Origin: Ostrea edulis
Lineage: Eukaryota
NCBI RefSeq assembly: GCF_947568905.1
Contig: NC_079169.1
Span: forward strand, 55,428,001 to 55,492,000
Length of the DNA stretch: 64,000 nucleotides
Direction of reading: 5' to 3'
Shown: positions 60,101 to 64,000 of the stretch, piece by piece
How the letters are laid out: every line of letters starts with the position of its first letter
Numbering within the stretch: position 1 is the first letter of the stretch
The notes under the pieces: generated by a model
Seen by the model: the letters and a program-made list of their open reading frames with translations, nothing else
Databases searched by the model: none
Told to the model about the DNA's origin: nothing
Made by a program: the position numbers and the translations under genes

Positions 60101-62581
60101 AAGACATTCATACTAATAAATCATTTCTAACAGATATGATAGACAATACTAAGATGTGCCGTGTTGAGGATCAGATTATGTGCCCTGTGGAATTGTGCAA
60201 CTCTTTTATACCCTTACTATGAGAGTAATCATGGACCGAATTCCATCAAGGTGCACTCAAGAACAATTTTGATTTTTTTTTCATTTTTATTACTAAGTGA
60301 ACTTCATTATATTTTTCAACTGGTCATGTAAATAGTGAAATGTTAACTTACCTAAATGTTTATTAGGCATCATGTTATTCAGGCAATTTGATTACCATAA
60401 TTTACATAAATTTTTCCAACAAATTGACATGTATTTTAAAATGAAATATAGTAAATGTTTACCATCAAGGGGCCCCTTTGGAAATAAGCAATTTAAATTG
60501 ACCTTTATGAGTTATCCCAGACAATATTTTAAATAAGTGATAAAATTATCTTTTACAGAATATCTGTTTACAATTCTTAGTGTCTTTCATAATATTTGAA
60601 ATATTCAATTATGTGATACCATCTGCCATACAATGTGATAGTATCTGTGATACAAACTGTGATAAAATACCACCCGTGTATCAAAATAGTGATAAATCAT
60701 ATGTGATACATAATATTGTGGCAAACATGTGATGCTTGGATCATTTAATGTGCTGCTTAGATGTATGTTATTGCCTGAATAAAGAATAAATAGAAAATGC
60801 AGAATGTATCGGTAGATGTACATTCATCTAGCAAAAGTTTGCACCCGTTACTCGAAACAAATCTGTCTAATTTCAAGCACTTTTCATCTCCCTTCCTGCT
60901 CAAAGGCCGTAAGCGCCGAGCGTACGCCAACATTTGGCAGCCCTTCACCGGCAATGGTGACGTCTCCATATGAGGAAAAATTTTCGAGTGGGACGTTAAA
61001 CAATATATAATCAATCAATCGGTGTGTTTATGATAATGCACTTAAAACTTCCACGTTGCATGTTTGAATGATATTTCATTCATTAGTAATTTTTGAAAAT
61101 CACGCAATTGTTTTTGGGAGTTGAACTATGTTCAATCTCCCTGGGTCATCACGCACTTTTCTGCGCAGTAATTTGTATTGATTTGTATAGTGGTCGTCAA
61201 CGGGGGTTCTGTGTCAGCTGATTTACTCCTAGGTAAATCAACATAAACTTTTATAAACATCCGCCATTAAATAATCCATGTAACTTTTCTGAATTAATCT
61301 AATTTTGATAATTGACATGTAAATAAATGCAATGATATTGTATTCAAGTCAATTTGAATACAAGATTTCGATCAAATTGATACTGATAGACATAGAAAAA
61401 TAAAAGATAAGGTTGAAAATTGTCCTTTGTAGCGCAGCGTCACCTATAAACATTGATAGGGAAACGAACGACAACTGCACACAAGCCCTATTGACACCGT
61501 GGCGCGAAATATCGAATATGGTGCGAAACCTCAGAAAATTTACAAGAAATAACTCTACAACATTGTGTATGTGTATATATTTGGGTTTTTTTTAATGTGA
61601 TATAAAAGATGCTTGATGTTACATGTAGATTGAATTAAAACACGTCATTCCCAGTCAACAACTTTCGATTGGGATCGAAATACGAAATAAAATTTCTTAT
61701 ATCCGGTGGCAAAGTGAAACTGCTTCATGCTTCAAGTTATTGAATTACGTAGTAATTGCACGTTACACATTAGAGAACTGTTCCTTTTAATAAAGAAAGT
61801 CACAAAATAGATACAAAATGAGTGTACCTTATTCATTACTGGCGTGTTTCGCTGCGCTTGATGACGGTAAGGTCCACATTTTCTACGTGAGTAGTGTGAT
61901 ATTTGTTTATGAATTTTTTGCGCATACATGGTATGTCTCGACTAGGAATAATGGAAACTTTCTCACCTATGTATGTAAAGACATATTAATCTCTATTTTT
62001 AAAAATGTAGAACACTTTTATCAAATGACAATGTTTGAAAACGCTTAGAGCCCCGATGTCAGAATTTCCTTTTCCAAGACATCAATATGTCAAATTCATT
62101 ATCCTTTTTGAATAGTATGTACCATATTTTGTACCAGTTATCCATTTTGAATCCCCTATTACAATGGGATTTTGCTGCACTCTGTAATGTTTGAGTGGAT
62201 GTCATGAGTGTGTGTCAAACAGAAATTTTACGAGCATGGGATAAGGTGCTGCCATGTATTACTTCACTATCAAAGTTTAACCCAGTTGCCACAATGTTGA
62301 ATTTATGCTGCAAAAAGGATTGGAAATTGCTCTGGTCAAAACACATTGTTTATTTGTCTACTGATGAAAGAGACATGAGGATTCTCCCTCACAAACTGAA
62401 AAAAAAATAGTTATGGATCTTGTACATGTATAGTTTATTAATCACTATATATTTCCAGCATCACAAGTCTGATTCCACTATATGCTTTCCATACTGTCAG
62501 GTTCATTCACCCCCTGTTTGAGCCACAGTATAATATCCCAAATACCTTGGCAATAAATAACATTATTTGACTAGTGTTTCA

Positions 62582-63090
62582 TTTTTAGCGGAGTTGCGAT
62601 GAAGTCGAACTCGGCTTATGATCTGATGAAGTGCCTTTGGGCGGGCAGGCGGGCACGCATCAACATTTCATTTCCGCACCATAGCTCTTGAGCAAATTAT
62701 AGGATCTCATTCAAACTTAAATGGATTGTCACCCTCAGTAAGATGAGGAAGCCTATCGATTCTGGGGTCACTAGGTCAAAGGTCAAGGTCACTGGCTATA
62801 AATAGACTGAAATTTGGAGAAAATTTTGTTTTCGGCACTATAATTTTTTAACAAATTATAGGATCTCAATTGAACTTAGATGGATTATCGCCCTTGATGA
62901 GACAAAGAAGCCTATTGATTTTGGTCAAGGGTTAAAGGTCAAGGTCACAAAGGATTTAAGTCGGCTGAAATTTATGTACGCAAAATTTTGCTCCCTGCTT
63001 GATAATTCTTGAAAACTTTTCTGCCGGTTCCCTCTATGCCCATTCCTTGCGCAACTCGGCTTGTGCATTTCCGATGCCCGACAATTTTTA
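62582..63090 (+). mobile_element. Helentron/HINE-like non-autonomous element
   Basis: Starts in a T-run. Sub-terminal inverted repeats AGCGGAGTTGCG / CGCAACTCGGCT, two internal related units with GGTCAAAGGTCAAGGTCAC, 3' short hairpin GCAT-TTCCG-ATGC, then a T-run. Confidence 0.7.
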
Positions 63091-64000
63091 ATTTTTTTGC
63101 ATTTCATTTATTTTGAGTTATTATACAATTATTTACCATTCCATTGATCCTCTACAGGACTGTAGTATACTCAGGTGACAGTTTAGCATATTGGACTACC
63201 TTTTCAAGTAATGAATCCTTAGAATTAGCTATATCTAGGATTAAACTTGAATGTATATATACAGGGGAAAAACTTCTTCATAACTGCAAGGCATTGATAA
63301 CCATATTGATTTGAATGTTTGGGCCATAATATGTGGTCACATTTTTCATGAGAATATAAAGGGGTGAAATTCTAGAAAACAACAACACGACTTCAGTTAC
63401 TCGAGGAGCGTTGTGGTCCATGGGCCTTCCATTATCCATGTTTGCTGTTGTAACGCTTTGAAAAACAACAACAGTTGATTTGTATCTAAAATCATGATAA
63501 TATTCAGTCATTTATCCCCCTCCCCTTCCAGTGCTGTCTGTTCTAACTGAATTTCCACAATGTTCAACTCCCACGAGTACTTTAAGTACTTTGATTATAT
63601 AAATGAAAGTATGAATGCTTATATAAAAGATGTTATTAATGCCTTTTTATAAAGCGAGTATTAAAAGTTGTTTCCATTTCTAGATAAATCAATGTATATT
63701 TCAATTCCTGTGCGTTTCCTTGGAAACACTCTAGAGGGCTTAAAATTTGAACGGCTGATTTGATGCTGTGCATTACAATTAGCTTTGAAAGTTCCGGTAC
63801 TTTACTTGCCGTCTTTGGGGTTTTATCAACTCGATACATTTCCATAGACAGTCAGTAATTACAAAACAGTTCATTGTTTTACTCATGGACAAACACAACA
63901 GACGATCTCCATATTTCAGAATGTTTTCCACATATTCGCCGCAGATAGATTTCTTACCGACTGTCTATAAAAATACACATGTCCGTGTTTGTCCAACTAT

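Noticed and set aside
61700-61900. IRF-like motif AAAGTGAAACT and + strand donor-like sites suggesting a promoter or first exon
   Set aside because: Short motifs are expected by chance in AT-rich DNA, and there is no linked gene in the window.
62626-62640. CTGATGA as another hammerhead core
   Set aside because: No stem II or GAAA partner. It lies within the Helentron-like element.

Overview
AT-rich eukaryotic genomic DNA with spliceosomal introns and no prokaryotic features. The repeat families suggest a bivalve mollusc, probably an oyster (inference). I could build four protein-coding genes by hand. (1-3) Three tandem + strand calmodulin-like EF-hand genes (2471-4915, 9979-14804, 19627-21689) keep the calmodulin intron positions. 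They also have basic N-terminal extensions, a WW motif and a degenerate fourth EF-hand. (4) A convergent - strand gene (at least 57943 down to 24650, 5' end not found) is largely invisible in the ORF track. Its mucin-like Thr/Pro/Ser linkers are encoded by 20 micro-exons of exactly 15 nt, all phase 1-1, three of them with GC donors. The linkers join four six-cysteine modules and a C-terminal 12-Cys Ly6/uPAR (three-finger)-like domain. Spliced in order, the exons give one stop-free frame of about 438 codons. This micro-exon gene is the main candidate for a novel system. The rest of the window is satellites, decayed LINEs (RTE, L2, Tx1), SINEs, Penelope-like element fragments (some with minimal hammerhead ribozymes), Tc1/mariner remnants, TTAA-flanked and Helentron-like elements, and a 145-N gap. 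All gene models are manual and lack transcript support.
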